NCBI GenBank assembly: GCA_963676795.2
Contig: CAXXTB010000002.1
Coordinates: 1,888,001 to 1,952,000, forward strand
Origin: Geopsychrobacteraceae bacterium
GTDB taxonomy: Bacteria; Desulfobacterota; Desulfuromonadia; Desulfuromonadales; Geopsychrobacteraceae
Direction: 5' to 3'
Length of the DNA stretch: 64,000 nt
Shown: positions 19,753 through 30,775 of the stretch, piece after piece
Position numbering within the stretch: the first letter of the stretch is position 1
How the letters are laid out: each line of letters begins with the position of its first letter
The notes under the pieces: model-generated
The model's database searches: none
What the model was told of the DNA's origin: nothing
What the model saw: the letters and a program-made list of their open reading frames with translations, nothing else
Made by a program: the position numbers and the translations under genes

Positions 19753-20850
19753 TCAGCTCGAAATAAGGGCGTCGATCTCATCGAAATTGAAATGCCGCTC
19801 AGCAAGGTCGGTTATCAACTGAATCTTGTGCGTATCTTCGGCCGAAATTTTTGAAACATCGTCCTTGAGAATCTCAAAAACGTTGGAGGATGTCAGGCTG
19901 CAGCGGATATATGGAATACCACTGTTATCGACGATCTTTTGGGTGACATGACTGATATCACAGACACCGGGAATGACAATACCCGCAATCTTCTGCCGGT
20001 ATTCAGGCAGACGGTAGAGAGTCGCTATGGTCACCAGCAGTTCATCACGACTGCTGTTGACGATAATCAGCGAAGAATCCTTGAGAAGCTCGACGACCCG
20101 CTGCGATGATGCGGCCCCGATCTGGATATTATGGACGATGCGCTGGGCCTCCTCTTCGGTCGCCCGCAAATCAAGGTCCAGGACCTTGGCGATTCTCCGC
20201 AGGGTCGGATTGGCAAGAATCGGCTGATAATTGAATCCGCCGATAACCTCTATATGTTCCGGCTCAAAAGCTGTTCTCAGATAGCCCAGCGTGCGTTCAC
20301 GTTTGGAAGCGACAATCTTGTTGACCAGAATAGCTTTGACATCCGCCCGTTCCTTTTGAAAAAGGGCAAGGTTCATTCCCGCCATATCGACAACATTGCC
20401 CAGACCGCCACCCGTAACCAGCATCACCGTCGCGCCGGCGTCGCGGGCGATACAGGCGTTGTTACAGCCGAAGATAGTCCCGACACCGGTATGCCCGGCC
20501 CCTTCGATGATAAGAAAATCGTTCTTGGCGTCCAAAGCTTCAAGTGCCGAGAAGATCCTGCGCCGGATCGAGATCCGGTCGATTTCTCCGTCCATGAAAC
20601 GGCGCGTATCCCCCTGCTTGAGAACGAATGGAGACATCAGCGGCAGATCATCCATAAGGCCAAAATATTCGGCAACCAACAGCGCATCCTTATCGACGAA
20701 GATCCCCTCATGCTCGACAATTTTAGGGCCAATCGGCTTAATGAAGCCAACCTTTCCATATTTTTTTCGGGCCATATGCATCAGCGAAAGACTGGTTGTC
20801 GTCTTGCCGCTATTCATACCCGTAGCCGCTATAAAGATCTTGCGCGCCAT
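19753..20850 (-). CDS. BioD-like P-loop plus DRTGG protein (standalone homolog of the N-terminal part of long Pta)
   Basis: IFIAATGMNSGKTT, VGFIKPIG, IIEGAGH, SSRDEL (DRTGG-like). Confidence 0.85.
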   Translation of the reverse strand: MARKIFIAATGMNSGKTTTSLSLMHMARKKYGKVGFIKPIGPKIVEHEGIFVDKDALLVAEYFGLMDDLPLMSPFVLKQGDTRRFMDGEIDRISIRRRIFSALEALDAKNDFLIIEGAGHTGVGTIFGCNNACIARDAGATVMLVTGGGLGNVVDMAGMNLALFQKERADVKAILVNKIVASKRERTLGYLRTAFEPEHIEVIGGFNYQPILANPTLRRIAKVLDLDLRATEEEAQRIVHNIQIGAASSQRVVELLKDSSLIIVNSSRDELLVTIATLYRLPEYRQKIAGIVIPGVCDISHVTQKIVDNSGIPYIRCSLTSSNVFEILKDDVSKISAEDTHKIQLITDLAERHFNFDEIDALISS

Positions 20851-21030
20851 CGCTGCAGCTCCTTTGAACTCGATACCGAAGTCATGTTAGGCAATCTTAA
20901 CACAAATATCTCAGATAGAAAACAGCCGGAAGTGCCAGTACTGCGTCTTTGCAGGTACGCGCTCAAATCTGACCGAAAAATAACTGAAGACATGAAATAC
21001 AGAAGTACCATCTGAATAACAATAAAAGAT

Positions 21031-22938
21031 TTAAATTCCTTTGACTGCCGTTACTGAAGTGCGCTGAAACTGCTTCACCTTATCGACAATCCCGGCTACC
21101 GACAGATCCAATTCATCCCTTAATTGCTGTTGAGTTCCCTGCTCGACAAAATGGTCAGGAATCCCCAGCCTGGCCAGCGGAACAGTCAAGCCATGATCAG
21201 CGAACAATTCAAGGAGCGCTGAACCAAACCCACCCTGCAGAGCGTTCTCTTCAAGAGTTATGACAAAGGGGGCCGCTTGTGCACGACCTAAAAGCAACGC
21301 CTGATCGAGTGGCTTGAGAAACACAGCATCTATGACAGTCAGCTCAATACCTTCAGCAGCCAGCAGAGAGGCGGCCTTGAGTGCCGGTTCAACCATAGAG
21401 CCGAGGGCCACAAGCAGCCCGGCAGTTCCTTCACGCAGCAATTCGCCACCGGCAATCGGCAAGAGCCCGGTGACCTTCTCCGCCAGATCGAGCCCCAGGC
21501 CTGTCCCCCTTGGATAGCGATAGGCAAAGGGACCTTCTGCCTGGCTTGCAGTCAGCATGATACGCTGCAGCATACGTTCGTCACGCGGAACGGCAAACGT
21601 CATGTTCGGCATATGGCGCAGGAAGGAATAATCGAAGACACCATGATGGGTCGGCCCATCGGCGCCGACCAGCCCCCCCCGGTCCATGGCAAAGGTGACC
21701 GGCAGGTTTTGCAGACAGACATCGTGCAGTACCTGGTCATAGGCACGCTGGAGAAAGGTCGAATAAATGGCCACCACCGGTCGCAGACCACGACAGGCGA
21801 GCCCGGCAGCGAAGGTAACCGCGTGCTGTTCGGCGATACCGACATCGAAAAAGCGTGCCGGGAAGACCTCGGAGAACTGCTTCAAACCGGTTCCTTCTGT
21901 CATTGCCGCAGTGATTGCGATGATGCGCTGGTCATCAGCGGCAAGCTTGAGCAGAGTGTCGCCGAAAACGGAGGTATAAGATCTGGGTGCCGACACTTTG
22001 GCCGGGGGCGTTTCCCCGGTTTTCACATCAAAGGGACCGATACCGTGGAACTTTGGCGGATTCTGCTCGGCAGGAGTGAAGCCCTTGCCTTTTTGGGTCA
22101 GCACATGTAACAGGACCGGGCCATCGATACGGGCGACATTGTTCATGGTTTCGATCAGCTCGGTAAGATTGTGTCCGTCCAGCGGCCCGAAATAATCGAA
22201 ACCAAACCCCTCAAACAGCATCCCCGGCGTCATGAAACTCTTCAGGGATTCTTCAGCTCTTTTCGCCAGATAGACAAGGTCCTTGCCGATACCGGGCACG
22301 AGTCTGAGGATGTTCTCCGTTTCCTTTTTGAAGCGGATGAACTTGTCAGTACTCATCTTGCGGCTCAGAAAAGAGGACAAGGCGCCGACATTCGGAGAGA
22401 TCGACATATCGTTGTCGTTGAGAATGACGACCAGACGCTTTTTCAGATGACCGGCATGATTCAGGGCTTCGAAGGCCATTCCCGCTGTCAGGGAACCGTC
22501 ACCGATGACGGCGACCACCTTAGCGTCGTCGTTCAGAATATCGCGCGCGGCGGCCATCCCCAATGCGGCAGAAATCGAGGTACTTGAATGTCCGACATCA
22601 AAAGCATCGTGAACACTTTCCTTGCGCTTGGGAAAACCACTCAACCCCTTATATTGGCGCAGCGAAGCAAACTGTTCCCGCCGCCCGGTCAGCAGTTTAT
22701 GGGCATAGGACTGGTGACCGACATCCCAGATGATCTGATCGGCTGGTGTGTGAAAAACCCGGTGCAGGGCAATCGTCAACTCAACAACCCCCAGAGAACT
22801 GCCGAGGTGTCCCCCGTTGACCGAAACAGTCTCGACAATCACCTGGCGCAACTCCGCCGCCAACTGGCCAAGCTGGGCAGAACTGAGTTTTCTTACGGCC
22901 TCTGGTGATTCTATCTGTTCGAGAAGGGGTGTCTTCAT
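21031..22938 (-). CDS. dxs: 1-deoxy-D-xylulose-5-phosphate synthase
   Basis: [51 protein letters not shown]. Confidence 0.98.
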   Translation of the reverse strand: MKTPLLEQIESPEAVRKLSSAQLGQLAAELRQVIVETVSVNGGHLGSSLGVVELTIALHRVFHTPADQIIWDVGHQSYAHKLLTGRREQFASLRQYKGLSGFPKRKESVHDAFDVGHSSTSISAALGMAAARDILNDDAKVVAVIGDGSLTAGMAFEALNHAGHLKKRLVVILNDNDMSISPNVGALSSFLSRKMSTDKFIRFKKETENILRLVPGIGKDLVYLAKRAEESLKSFMTPGMLFEGFGFDYFGPLDGHNLTELIETMNNVARIDGPVLLHVLTQKGKGFTPAEQNPPKFHGIGPFDVKTGETPPAKVSAPRSYTSVFGDTLLKLAADDQRIIAITAAMTEGTGLKQFSEVFPARFFDVGIAEQHAVTFAAGLACRGLRPVVAIYSTFLQRAYDQVLHDVCLQNLPVTFAMDRGGLVGADGPTHHGVFDYSFLRHMPNMTFAVPRDERMLQRIMLTASQAEGPFAYRYPRGTGLGLDLAEKVTGLLPIAGGELLREGTAGLLVALGSMVEPALKAASLLAAEGIELTVIDAVFLKPLDQALLLGRAQAAPFVITLEENALQGGFGSALLELFADHGLTVPLARLGIPDHFVEQGTQQQLRDELDLSVAGIVDKVKQFQRTSVTAVKGI

Positions 22939-22983
22939 GCCATCTCCCGTAAAATCTGCGCTGTTTCCTGACGTCTGCACCGA

Positions 22984-23889
22984 TCAATGATCTCTATTGA
23001 CGATAAACTCGGCAATATCGCGCAGCGGTCTGGCAAGAGCCCCGAAAGGTTCCAGACTCTGCGTAGCTATGCTGAATAGTTCATCCTTGCGCTGTCGGGC
23101 CGCAGTAAGGCCGAGCAATGAGGGGTAAGTCGCCTTGCCCCGTTGCTGATCACTGCCAACATCCTTGCCGAGCATCTTCTCATCGGCGACGATATCGAGA
23201 ATATCATCGGCAATCTGGAAGGCCAGGCCGATCGTTTCACCGAAACGCTTCAGGCTGCGGAACTGCTGTTCATCAGCACCGCCAAGGATCGCTCCCATCT
23301 GAACCGCGCCCAGGATCAGAGCCCCGGTCTTGTGAGTGTGGATATATTCGAGTGTCGGCAGATCGATTGCCTGCTGCTCCGACTCCATATCGACGACCTG
23401 GCCGCCGACCATCCCCCGCGATCCGGCGTTTTTGGCCAGAATATGGATCAAACGGCGGCGCTCATCCTGGGAGATCCCGGTCAGCACCAACGGGTTGCTG
23501 AGCAACAGAAAAGCTTCGGTCAACAGCGCATCTCCGGCAAGTATCGCTATCGCTTCGCCGAAAACCTTATGATTTGTCGGCTTGCCGCGGCGCAGATCAT
23601 CATCATCCATGGCCGGCAGATCGTCATGGATCAATGAATAGGTATGAATCATTTCAACCGCACAGGCCGCCGGTAACGCCTCTTCACTGTTGGCACCGAG
23701 CGCTTCACAGGCCGCCAGCAGCAGAATCGGTCGAATCCTCTTGCCACCGGCGAAGACCGAATAGCGCGTCGCTTCATGCAGGCGTTGCGGCAAGGTATCG
23801 CCCTGCGGCAAATAGGCATCAAGTGCCGCGTCAACGCGCCGCGTCTGGGTTTCCAGGTAAGCGGCAAGCGACCATGGTTCACTCATCAT
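22984..23889 (-). CDS. ispA: Farnesyl/geranylgeranyl diphosphate synthase
   Basis: GGKRIRP, IHDDLPAMDDDDLRRGKPT, FQIADDILD; xseB-ispA-dxs synteny. Confidence 0.95.
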   Translation of the reverse strand: MMSEPWSLAAYLETQTRRVDAALDAYLPQGDTLPQRLHEATRYSVFAGGKRIRPILLLAACEALGANSEEALPAACAVEMIHTYSLIHDDLPAMDDDDLRRGKPTNHKVFGEAIAILAGDALLTEAFLLLSNPLVLTGISQDERRRLIHILAKNAGSRGMVGGQVVDMESEQQAIDLPTLEYIHTHKTGALILGAVQMGAILGGADEQQFRSLKRFGETIGLAFQIADDILDIVADEKMLGKDVGSDQQRGKATYPSLLGLTAARQRKDELFSIATQSLEPFGALARPLRDIAEFIVNRDH

Positions 23890-24103
23890 CGAAAGACTCT
23901 TTCTGCCAGGACTCGCCCTGTTTGGTCAGCACCTCGACCTTGAGTTCTACTTCTTTCAACGAAGACCGGCAGTATTCAGCCTGCTTCACCCCTGTGGCAA
24001 AGACCTTGAGCGCGTCCTCCAGGGACAGCTCGCCGCTTTCGAGTTGAGCGACCGCCTCTTCGAGTTTTTTCAGAGCCGATTCAAAATTTTTAGCTGTTGC
24101 CAT
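23879..24103 (-). CDS. xseB: Exodeoxyribonuclease VII small subunit
   Basis: FESALKKLEEAVAQLESGELSLEDAL. Confidence 0.95.
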   Translation of the reverse strand: MATAKNFESALKKLEEAVAQLESGELSLEDALKVFATGVKQAEYCRSSLKEVELKVEVLTKQGESWQKESFDDE

Positions 24104-24179
24104 AAACCATACCAGTCATAAAGTCGTTCAGTAAATTATCATGAGCCTTGAGCTTCAAGGTCAAGAGTGTGGACTGTTA

Positions 24180-25391
24180 TTATTCTGCATTATCGGGAAA
24201 AACTTCAATAATTTCTGCCGTAGCCCGCCCTTTTGCGAGCAGTACTTCCAGTTCAGCGCCGCTACGCAGCTGCGCCGCATCGGTTATTACAGCCCCGGTT
24301 TGCCTGTCCCTGACAACCGCATACCCCCGGGCCAGAACTGCCAGCGGGGAAAGGGTGTCAAGTCGCCCCATCAGGCTGCACAGTGCCTGATTGCGCTTTT
24401 CCAAATAGAGGACCATCGCGCGGCGCAGTTCAGACTCGGCTTTCTGCAGTCTCAGCTTCTGAAAGCGTATCAGATCCAGAGGAGAACGCAGACGCTTTTC
24501 AAGGCTGAAAAGACGGTCCTGAACCTGGGTCAGACGATTTTTCATCAGGCTGGCCAGACGCAGGGAAAGCTGATCAAGATGACGTTCGAGGTCCAGACGG
24601 TTCTTGACGACCAGCTCCGCGGCCGCGCTCGGGGTCGGAGAACGGAGATCGGCGACAAAGTCGGAGATCGAAAAATCGGTTTCATGTCCGACAGCGGAGA
24701 TAACCGGAATACGCGAATGAAATATCGCCCTGGCGACAACCTCCTCGTTGAAAGCCCAGAGATCTTCCTGCGACCCGCCTCCCCGGCCGACGATCAGGAC
24801 CTCCGCGCTCCCTTCTTCGTTCAGCTCCTCGATCGCCCGGGCAATCTCCTGTGCCGCCGTATCCCCCTGTACCAGCGATGGTCGCAGCAGCACATTGAGC
24901 CCCGCAGATCTGCGTTTGAGGACATTGAGGATATCCTGAATGGCGGCGCCTGTCGCCGAAGTGACAACACCAATCACCTTGGGATACTCGGGAAGTGGCT
25001 GCTTGTGGACAGCGTCGAACAGCCCTTCCTTGTGCAGCTTTTCCTTGAGCTGTTCAAAGGCCAGCTGCAGACCACCGACACCTTCCGGCTCCATGCCTTC
25101 AACGATCAGCTGCAGATCACCACGTTGCGGATAGACCGACACCCGTCCGCGGCAGATGACTGCCATGCCGTTTTCCGGCGCAAAACGCAGCGCCCTGGCC
25201 TGCCCGCGGAACATGGCGCAACGCAACTGGGAACGGTCGTCCTTGAGTGTGAAATAACAATGGCCGGAAGAAGCCTCGGAAAAATTACTGATTTCACCTC
25301 GAACCAGAACGTCGACAAAATTGTCTTCAACCAGATCCTGAAGACAACCGATCAACGCCGATACGGAAATAACATCTGCAGAGTTATTCAC
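24180..25391 (-). CDS. xseA: Exodeoxyribonuclease VII large subunit
   Basis: GEISN, SGHCYFTLKD, RGGGSQEDLWAFNEE, SAVGHETD, TPSAAAE. Confidence 0.97.
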   Translation of the reverse strand: MNNSADVISVSALIGCLQDLVEDNFVDVLVRGEISNFSEASSGHCYFTLKDDRSQLRCAMFRGQARALRFAPENGMAVICRGRVSVYPQRGDLQLIVEGMEPEGVGGLQLAFEQLKEKLHKEGLFDAVHKQPLPEYPKVIGVVTSATGAAIQDILNVLKRRSAGLNVLLRPSLVQGDTAAQEIARAIEELNEEGSAEVLIVGRGGGSQEDLWAFNEEVVARAIFHSRIPVISAVGHETDFSISDFVADLRSPTPSAAAELVVKNRLDLERHLDQLSLRLASLMKNRLTQVQDRLFSLEKRLRSPLDLIRFQKLRLQKAESELRRAMVLYLEKRNQALCSLMGRLDTLSPLAVLARGYAVVRDRQTGAVITDAAQLRSGAELEVLLAKGRATAEIIEVFPDNAE

Positions 25392-25444
25392 GAAAAAACC
25401 TTTTCACAAAAATGTGTAATCAGCCTGCTGCCGGCAGATAAATC

Positions 25445-26635
25445 TCAGTAACGATGAACAACTTCGGAGGCATAAACAAAGGAGACCGGCTGCTGTTTCA
25501 GCCAGTCGAATTCGAGTTTTAAAGCTTCGAAGGTTTCCCGGTGAGGATGACAGATAGCGATAATTTCACGATCCCCCCCAGCCAGTTTGATCATTTTATG
25601 AATCTGACCACGAATTTGGGTCACATCAACGGTATCATCGAGAAAGATGTTGCGCGTCGCTGTTTTGAGCCCCATTTTTCTCGCTTCGGGAAAAGCGACC
25701 GAATCGCTGATTGTCCGACTGTCGATGAAGAAGAGCTGATGAGCCTTCAATTCATCAAGCACAACCCGCATCGCTTCTGTCGACTCGGTAAACCGCGAAC
25801 CCATGTGGTTGTTGCCGCCGACCGCATCAGGAAGCTCACGAATATAGGAACGAACACGGGCACGCATCTCCTCCTCGGGGAGGCTGACCAGCAGCGCATT
25901 CTCCCCCGGACTGATCCGCGGGTAACTTACAGGTTCCATCGGAATATGAATCATGTATTCACGGTTCTGCTGCCGCAGGAAAGCTGCGGTGGCTTTGGCA
26001 TTGCTGATTCCGGGCAGGATAGCCGGAGTTATCGGTATCCCATACTCGACCAGACTTCTGATCGCACTCATCGAACCACCCATATCGTCCATGATCAGGG
26101 AAATCCTGGGACCTTTCACTTCAGGTTTGGTGACAACCTCAGGTACTTCATAGAGCAGTTCAAACCGTAACTGCCCCTGCCAGTAGAGATGAATCACCCC
26201 CTTATCCCTGCTGACCTTCAACTGGGCGGGGGCTCCAGTCTGATCAATATGTCTCGCCAGTTCTGCAAGATAGGGCTGTGAGGGGAAGGCACCGAAAATC
26301 TTGCGCACCTCGGTACCGTTGCGCGAATCGAGTCGTTTCCAGCCCATTGAATCGGGCCCATTGATAAGCTGATTGTCAAGCAATTGATGGATATCGGCAT
26401 AGGTCATGGCAGCCGGTTTCGGCGACATCTGCTCGACAGTCTCCTCGTAGACAAATGAGACTTCATCGTTGTGAGCGAATTTTTCACGCAGAACAAAAAG
26501 GACGCCGACACAGACAATAACAATAAGCCCCAAAAGAATGGATGCGAGCAGAACCCGCATCCCCTGGGACATCTTTTTATTCTTTTTACCAGGCGTTTTT
26601 TTCTTAACGGTTTTTTTGCTTTTACTTGCGGCCAT
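25445..26635 (-). CDS. Divergent polysaccharide deacetylase (YibQ-like), membrane anchored
   Basis: LIMDDMG, HIPMEP, NNHMGS, FFIDSRT, RNIFLD, AICHP. Confidence 0.92.
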   Translation of the reverse strand: MAASKSKKTVKKKTPGKKNKKMSQGMRVLLASILLGLIVIVCVGVLFVLREKFAHNDEVSFVYEETVEQMSPKPAAMTYADIHQLLDNQLINGPDSMGWKRLDSRNGTEVRKIFGAFPSQPYLAELARHIDQTGAPAQLKVSRDKGVIHLYWQGQLRFELLYEVPEVVTKPEVKGPRISLIMDDMGGSMSAIRSLVEYGIPITPAILPGISNAKATAAFLRQQNREYMIHIPMEPVSYPRISPGENALLVSLPEEEMRARVRSYIRELPDAVGGNNHMGSRFTESTEAMRVVLDELKAHQLFFIDSRTISDSVAFPEARKMGLKTATRNIFLDDTVDVTQIRGQIHKMIKLAGGDREIIAICHPHRETFEALKLEFDWLKQQPVSFVYASEVVHRY

Positions 26636-26681
26636 TGTATTTTCAATCTCGAATTTTCGTCAGTCGCGGACGAAAGCAACC

Positions 26682-27953
26682 TTAACGATGTGACAATATC
26701 TCCAGCCCCTTCAACAGATCCAGGGCACGCTGCAGCTGATAATCCTGGACATCACTGGCATTCATATCAACCTTCAACCCGGGCTTATTTTCATCAGCAT
26801 CCGGAAGCTGGAGAAAATGATTGGTCAGGTCAGATTCCCGCGTACCTGCCGGCTGTGCAACAGGATTGACCTGCAGCTGGGGAACAAGGATATCCGGAGT
26901 AATCCCCTTGGCCTGAATCGAACGCCCCAGCGGGGTAAAATATCGCGCCGTAGTCAAGCGTAAAGCAGACTGATCGTCAAGAGGAATAATCGTCTGCACC
27001 GAACCTTTGCCGAAACTCTGTTCCCCCATGATAATGGCCCGGCCATAATCCTGCAATGCCCCGGCAAGAATCTCGGCAGCGCTGGCACTGCCGCCATTGA
27101 CCAGGACAATCAGCGGATAATCGGGCTCCGTATCCTGCGGTTGGGCGGCGAACTCGAGACGCGCGTCCTCATCACGCCCTTCGGTATAGACGATCAGACC
27201 CTGATCAAGAAAGAGATCTGCTGTTGCCACGGCCTGTTCGAGCAGGCCTCCCGGATTGTTGCGCAGGTCAAGGATCAGCCCCCCGAATTCGGCCAGTTCG
27301 GCATGCAGCGCGTCCAGATGTCTCTTCAATTCAGTGCCCGTTCCCTCCTGAAACTGCAACAACCTGATGTAAGCGTAGCCCTGCCCCAGGCGACGACTTT
27401 TAACACTCGCGGTATGAATGATATCACGGACGATACTGAAGGTCAGGGGCTCCGGGTTCCCGTCTCGCTTGATGAGCAAGCCAACCGGCTCCCCTTTTTC
27501 TCCTCGCAGACGACGGATCGCCTCCATGATCCCCATGCCATCGGTCGATTCGCCATCGATGGCAATGATCTCATCACCGGCCTTGATTCCGGCAAAATAG
27601 GCCGGGGTATCCTCGATTGGCGTGACAATAATCAGACGGTTGTCCCTTGTTGTCACTTCGATACCGAGCCCGCCAAACTGCCCCTGGGTCTCAGCCTGCA
27701 TATCAAGATACATCTCAGGTGTGAGGAAGCTGCTGTGCGGATCGAGGGTGGCGAGCATCCCGTCAATCGCCCCGTAGATCAACTCCTGAGTATCAGCCTC
27801 TTCCACATAACCGCTGCGAATGAGACTTAATACATCGGTGAAGATTTCCAGCTGCCGATAATCCTCCTCTGTGTTTCCCTGGGCCTGCACCGTTGTACAG
27901 AGCCCTGCCATAACCAAGAAAATCACCAGCAGCAATTTATTCATGGACTTCAT
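26682..27953 (-). CDS. ctpA: Carboxyl-terminal processing protease, S41 family
   Basis: LDPHS, GGLGIEV (PDZ), DLRNNPGG, SASAAEI, FGKGSVQ; start uncertain. Confidence 0.93.
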   Translation of the reverse strand: MKSMNKLLLVIFLVMAGLCTTVQAQGNTEEDYRQLEIFTDVLSLIRSGYVEEADTQELIYGAIDGMLATLDPHSSFLTPEMYLDMQAETQGQFGGLGIEVTTRDNRLIIVTPIEDTPAYFAGIKAGDEIIAIDGESTDGMGIMEAIRRLRGEKGEPVGLLIKRDGNPEPLTFSIVRDIIHTASVKSRRLGQGYAYIRLLQFQEGTGTELKRHLDALHAELAEFGGLILDLRNNPGGLLEQAVATADLFLDQGLIVYTEGRDEDARLEFAAQPQDTEPDYPLIVLVNGGSASAAEILAGALQDYGRAIIMGEQSFGKGSVQTIIPLDDQSALRLTTARYFTPLGRSIQAKGITPDILVPQLQVNPVAQPAGTRESDLTNHFLQLPDADENKPGLKVDMNASDVQDYQLQRALDLLKGLEILSHR

Positions 27954-27973
27954 AAGCTGAAATACCTTCCGAC

Positions 27974-29116
27974 TCAAAGTTTCTTCAACCAGCTTAGCGG
28001 ATTGACCGGCGCTCCGGCGGCACGGATTTCAAAATAGATACTTTCCCGGCCACTGTAGCCACTATAGCCGAGAATATCACCGGCAGACACAGGCTCGCCA
28101 ACTTTCTTCTGAATCCTGTCCGTCTGGGCGTACAGGGTGTGGAAACCTCCGGGGTGGCTGACAATCAATAGATTGCCGTAATTTTTGAAGTAATCGGCAA
28201 AGACGACCTTGCCGGCGGCGACCGATCGAATCTGTTGTCCGCTTTTTGTTGCTATTTCAATGCCGTTACTTTCATAGAGAGTCCCGAGGGTGTCATCGCG
28301 CTGGGTGCCAAACCCGATCAGAACACGACCGACCAATGGCCACTCGAGCTTCCCTTTGAGCTTGGCGAAATCCACAGCGCCGGGCAGTACCGGCTCCTGT
28401 TGTTTGCTTTTCAGATCAGCAATCAGCTTTTTCAGCTGTTGCGCATCTTCATTCAACTGAGCGATTTCGCTTTTCAGCTGCTGCTGTTGTGACCTGGCCT
28501 GCTTGAGCAGGCGCGCCTTGAGATCCTGGGCGCTGCTGGCGTTTTTTCTCTCTCCCTGCTGACGTTCCAGCAGGCCGGTCTTCTGTTTTTCCAGATCGCG
28601 TAAAACAGCCAACCGGCTCTGCTGCTCTTCGACAACAGTGCGATAGTCAGCAAGCAACTGCTGATCATGTTCCATAATCCGGGTCAGGTATTGATACTGT
28701 TGAATCATCTCCGTCGGTGATTCCGAGGAAAAGATAATTTTCAGAATCCCGGCATCCCCTTCTTTGTAAAGAGCAACAAGACGATGGCGCAGGCGCTGAC
28801 CGACACTGGAGATACTACGCTCCCCCTGCCTTATCGCAGCCTCCTGTTTACCGATATCCTGCTGGAGAGATCTCTGCTGGCGGCTTAAGTCACTGATCGC
28901 AGTATCGATCTGCTTGACGGTTCGCTGCAGAAGCGCCAGTTCGCGGGAGATCTTGACCTCTGATTTCTGCTTCTTATCCAGGCTGGTTTCCGCCTGCTGG
29001 ATACGACTGCGGATCAGCTCGAGCTGTTTGAGGTTATCATCAACCTCAGCGGCAAAAGCGCTCCCGAGACAAAAGACAATGCTGAGCAGACATAGGAGTG
29101 CAGTGCAGGTACGCAT
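27974..29116 (-). CDS. envC: Murein hydrolase activator EnvC (coiled coil plus M23-like domain)
   Basis: Signal peptide, long coiled coil, KGKLEWP, NGIEI, YFEIR; follows ftsEX. Confidence 0.9.
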   Translation of the reverse strand: MRTCTALLCLLSIVFCLGSAFAAEVDDNLKQLELIRSRIQQAETSLDKKQKSEVKISRELALLQRTVKQIDTAISDLSRQQRSLQQDIGKQEAAIRQGERSISSVGQRLRHRLVALYKEGDAGILKIIFSSESPTEMIQQYQYLTRIMEHDQQLLADYRTVVEEQQSRLAVLRDLEKQKTGLLERQQGERKNASSAQDLKARLLKQARSQQQQLKSEIAQLNEDAQQLKKLIADLKSKQQEPVLPGAVDFAKLKGKLEWPLVGRVLIGFGTQRDDTLGTLYESNGIEIATKSGQQIRSVAAGKVVFADYFKNYGNLLIVSHPGGFHTLYAQTDRIQKKVGEPVSAGDILGYSGYSGRESIYFEIRAAGAPVNPLSWLKKL

Positions 29117-29120
29117 GTCT

Positions 29121-30017
29121 CTAGATTCGCACAAAACGTCGCAAGGAGGAGAAACTGCCTAGGACACCGAGGACCACACCGGCAAAAATAAGCAGAAGCT
29201 GCTGCGAACCGGACAGAAACAGCAGCTCAAAATCCGCCGGGGTCAGCCAGAAAGAGGCAAGGCCGTGAGCGATGACAAAGTGAAAGGAAAAAAGCAGGAA
29301 AATCAGCGACAAAAAACCGCCAATCAGGCCCTGAACAGCGCCTTCAAGGATAAACGGAACCTTGATAAAAGGCATCGTCGCACCGACCAGGGACATGATC
29401 TCCAGTTCGTCACGCCGGGCAAAAAGGGTCAGCTTGATGGTGTTGGAAACAATAAACAGTGCGGCAAGAAGCAGAAAGGCACCGAGAACGACACCGACGA
29501 AATGCAGCATTCTGACAAAGCTGTTGAAGCGTTCCAGCCAGTTCTGACCGTAACGGACCTCATCGAGGTCAAGAAGGTTATCAACCTTCTCGCTGACCGC
29601 TTCAACCCCCTGCTGATTACGGAAGGGGGCCTTGAGTCCCAACTCGAAAGACGCAGGAAGCAGGTCATCGGAAACCCCTTCGAGCAGGCTGGTGTCGTTA
29701 TGCAGGCGCTGTTTGAAACGCTCCATGGCCTGGCGAGGAGAGACATACTCGACCGCCTCGACCTCCGGCAGATCCTTCAACTGCCGGGTTATTGCAGCGA
29801 TCTGCTGGGTGGGAACCGGCTTGTCCAGGTAAGCGACGATCTGGATTTCTTTGGTCCAGCGCTGGGCAAGCTGTTCGATATTGACGACCACCAGGAAAAA
29901 GCTGGCAACGGTCGCCAGTGCGACAGCCATTGTCAGAATAGATGCGGTACAGAGAAAAGGCCACTGGCGCATATTGCGCAGAGCCCTGAAGATGAAATAG
30001 CGAACTCTTTCCAGCAC
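29121..30017 (-). CDS. ftsX: Cell division permease FtsX
   Basis: NTIKLTLFARRDELEIMSLVGAT, PFILEG. Confidence 0.95.
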   Translation of the reverse strand: MLERVRYFIFRALRNMRQWPFLCTASILTMAVALATVASFFLVVVNIEQLAQRWTKEIQIVAYLDKPVPTQQIAAITRQLKDLPEVEAVEYVSPRQAMERFKQRLHNDTSLLEGVSDDLLPASFELGLKAPFRNQQGVEAVSEKVDNLLDLDEVRYGQNWLERFNSFVRMLHFVGVVLGAFLLLAALFIVSNTIKLTLFARRDELEIMSLVGATMPFIKVPFILEGAVQGLIGGFLSLIFLLFSFHFVIAHGLASFWLTPADFELLFLSGSQQLLLIFAGVVLGVLGSFSSLRRFVRI

Positions 30018-30060
30018 TGCTGGAACCTCCGATTGGTGAGTGAATATCTCAAAACCGAGA

Positions 30061-30735
30061 TTACATCTGAAGAGGCTGCTGATCCCCTATCAGTTTCCCC
30101 TTGTCCAGAGTGATGATACGGCGCGGAAAACGCTCATTCAGACTGTGATCGTGGGTTGCCAGCAGCACGGTGGTGCCCCGGGCGTTGGCCCGTTTGAACA
30201 GCTCCATGATCTCCAGCGTGACATCCTGGTCGAGGTTTCCGCTCGGTTCATCGGCAATCAGAATCAGCGGATCGACAACCAGCGCCCTGGCGATGGCAAT
30301 ACGCTGCTGCTCGCCACCCGAAAGCTCCATCGGTTTCCGCTGCAGACGGTGTTCCAGACCGACCTCTTTCAGGGCCTGATACACCTTTTTACTGACCTCA
30401 TAGCGCTTTTTCCCCTGGGCCTCAAGGGCAAAAGCAACGTTCTCATAGACGCTTCGGCTGTTCAGAAGTTTGAAATCCTGAAATACGACACCGATTTTGC
30501 GGCGCAAAAAAGGGATCTGATGACTGCGGTAGCGGGTAATATTCTGCCCTTCGATCAGGATCTGTCCCTTGGTTGGCTTTTCGGCAGCATAGAGCATCCG
30601 GAGAAAGGTTGTCTTCCCTGCTCCGGATGCTCCAGTGACGTAGACAAACTCCCCCTTACCGATCTGCAGTGTCAGATCTTTCACAGCAACAGAATCAGCG
30701 CTGAACCTCTTGGTGACGTTATAGAGCTGTATCAT
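30061..30735 (-). CDS. ftsE: Cell division ATP-binding protein FtsE
   Basis: GASGAGKT, LRRKIGVVFQDFKLL, LSGGEQQR, ADEPSGNLD. Confidence 0.97.
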   Translation of the reverse strand: MIQLYNVTKRFSADSVAVKDLTLQIGKGEFVYVTGASGAGKTTFLRMLYAAEKPTKGQILIEGQNITRYRSHQIPFLRRKIGVVFQDFKLLNSRSVYENVAFALEAQGKKRYEVSKKVYQALKEVGLEHRLQRKPMELSGGEQQRIAIARALVVDPLILIADEPSGNLDQDVTLEIMELFKRANARGTTVLLATHDHSLNERFPRRIITLDKGKLIGDQQPLQM

Positions 30736-30775
30736 AGCGTCCGTGTCGGCCAGTTAAGAGAGAGTTTCGGCTTGA

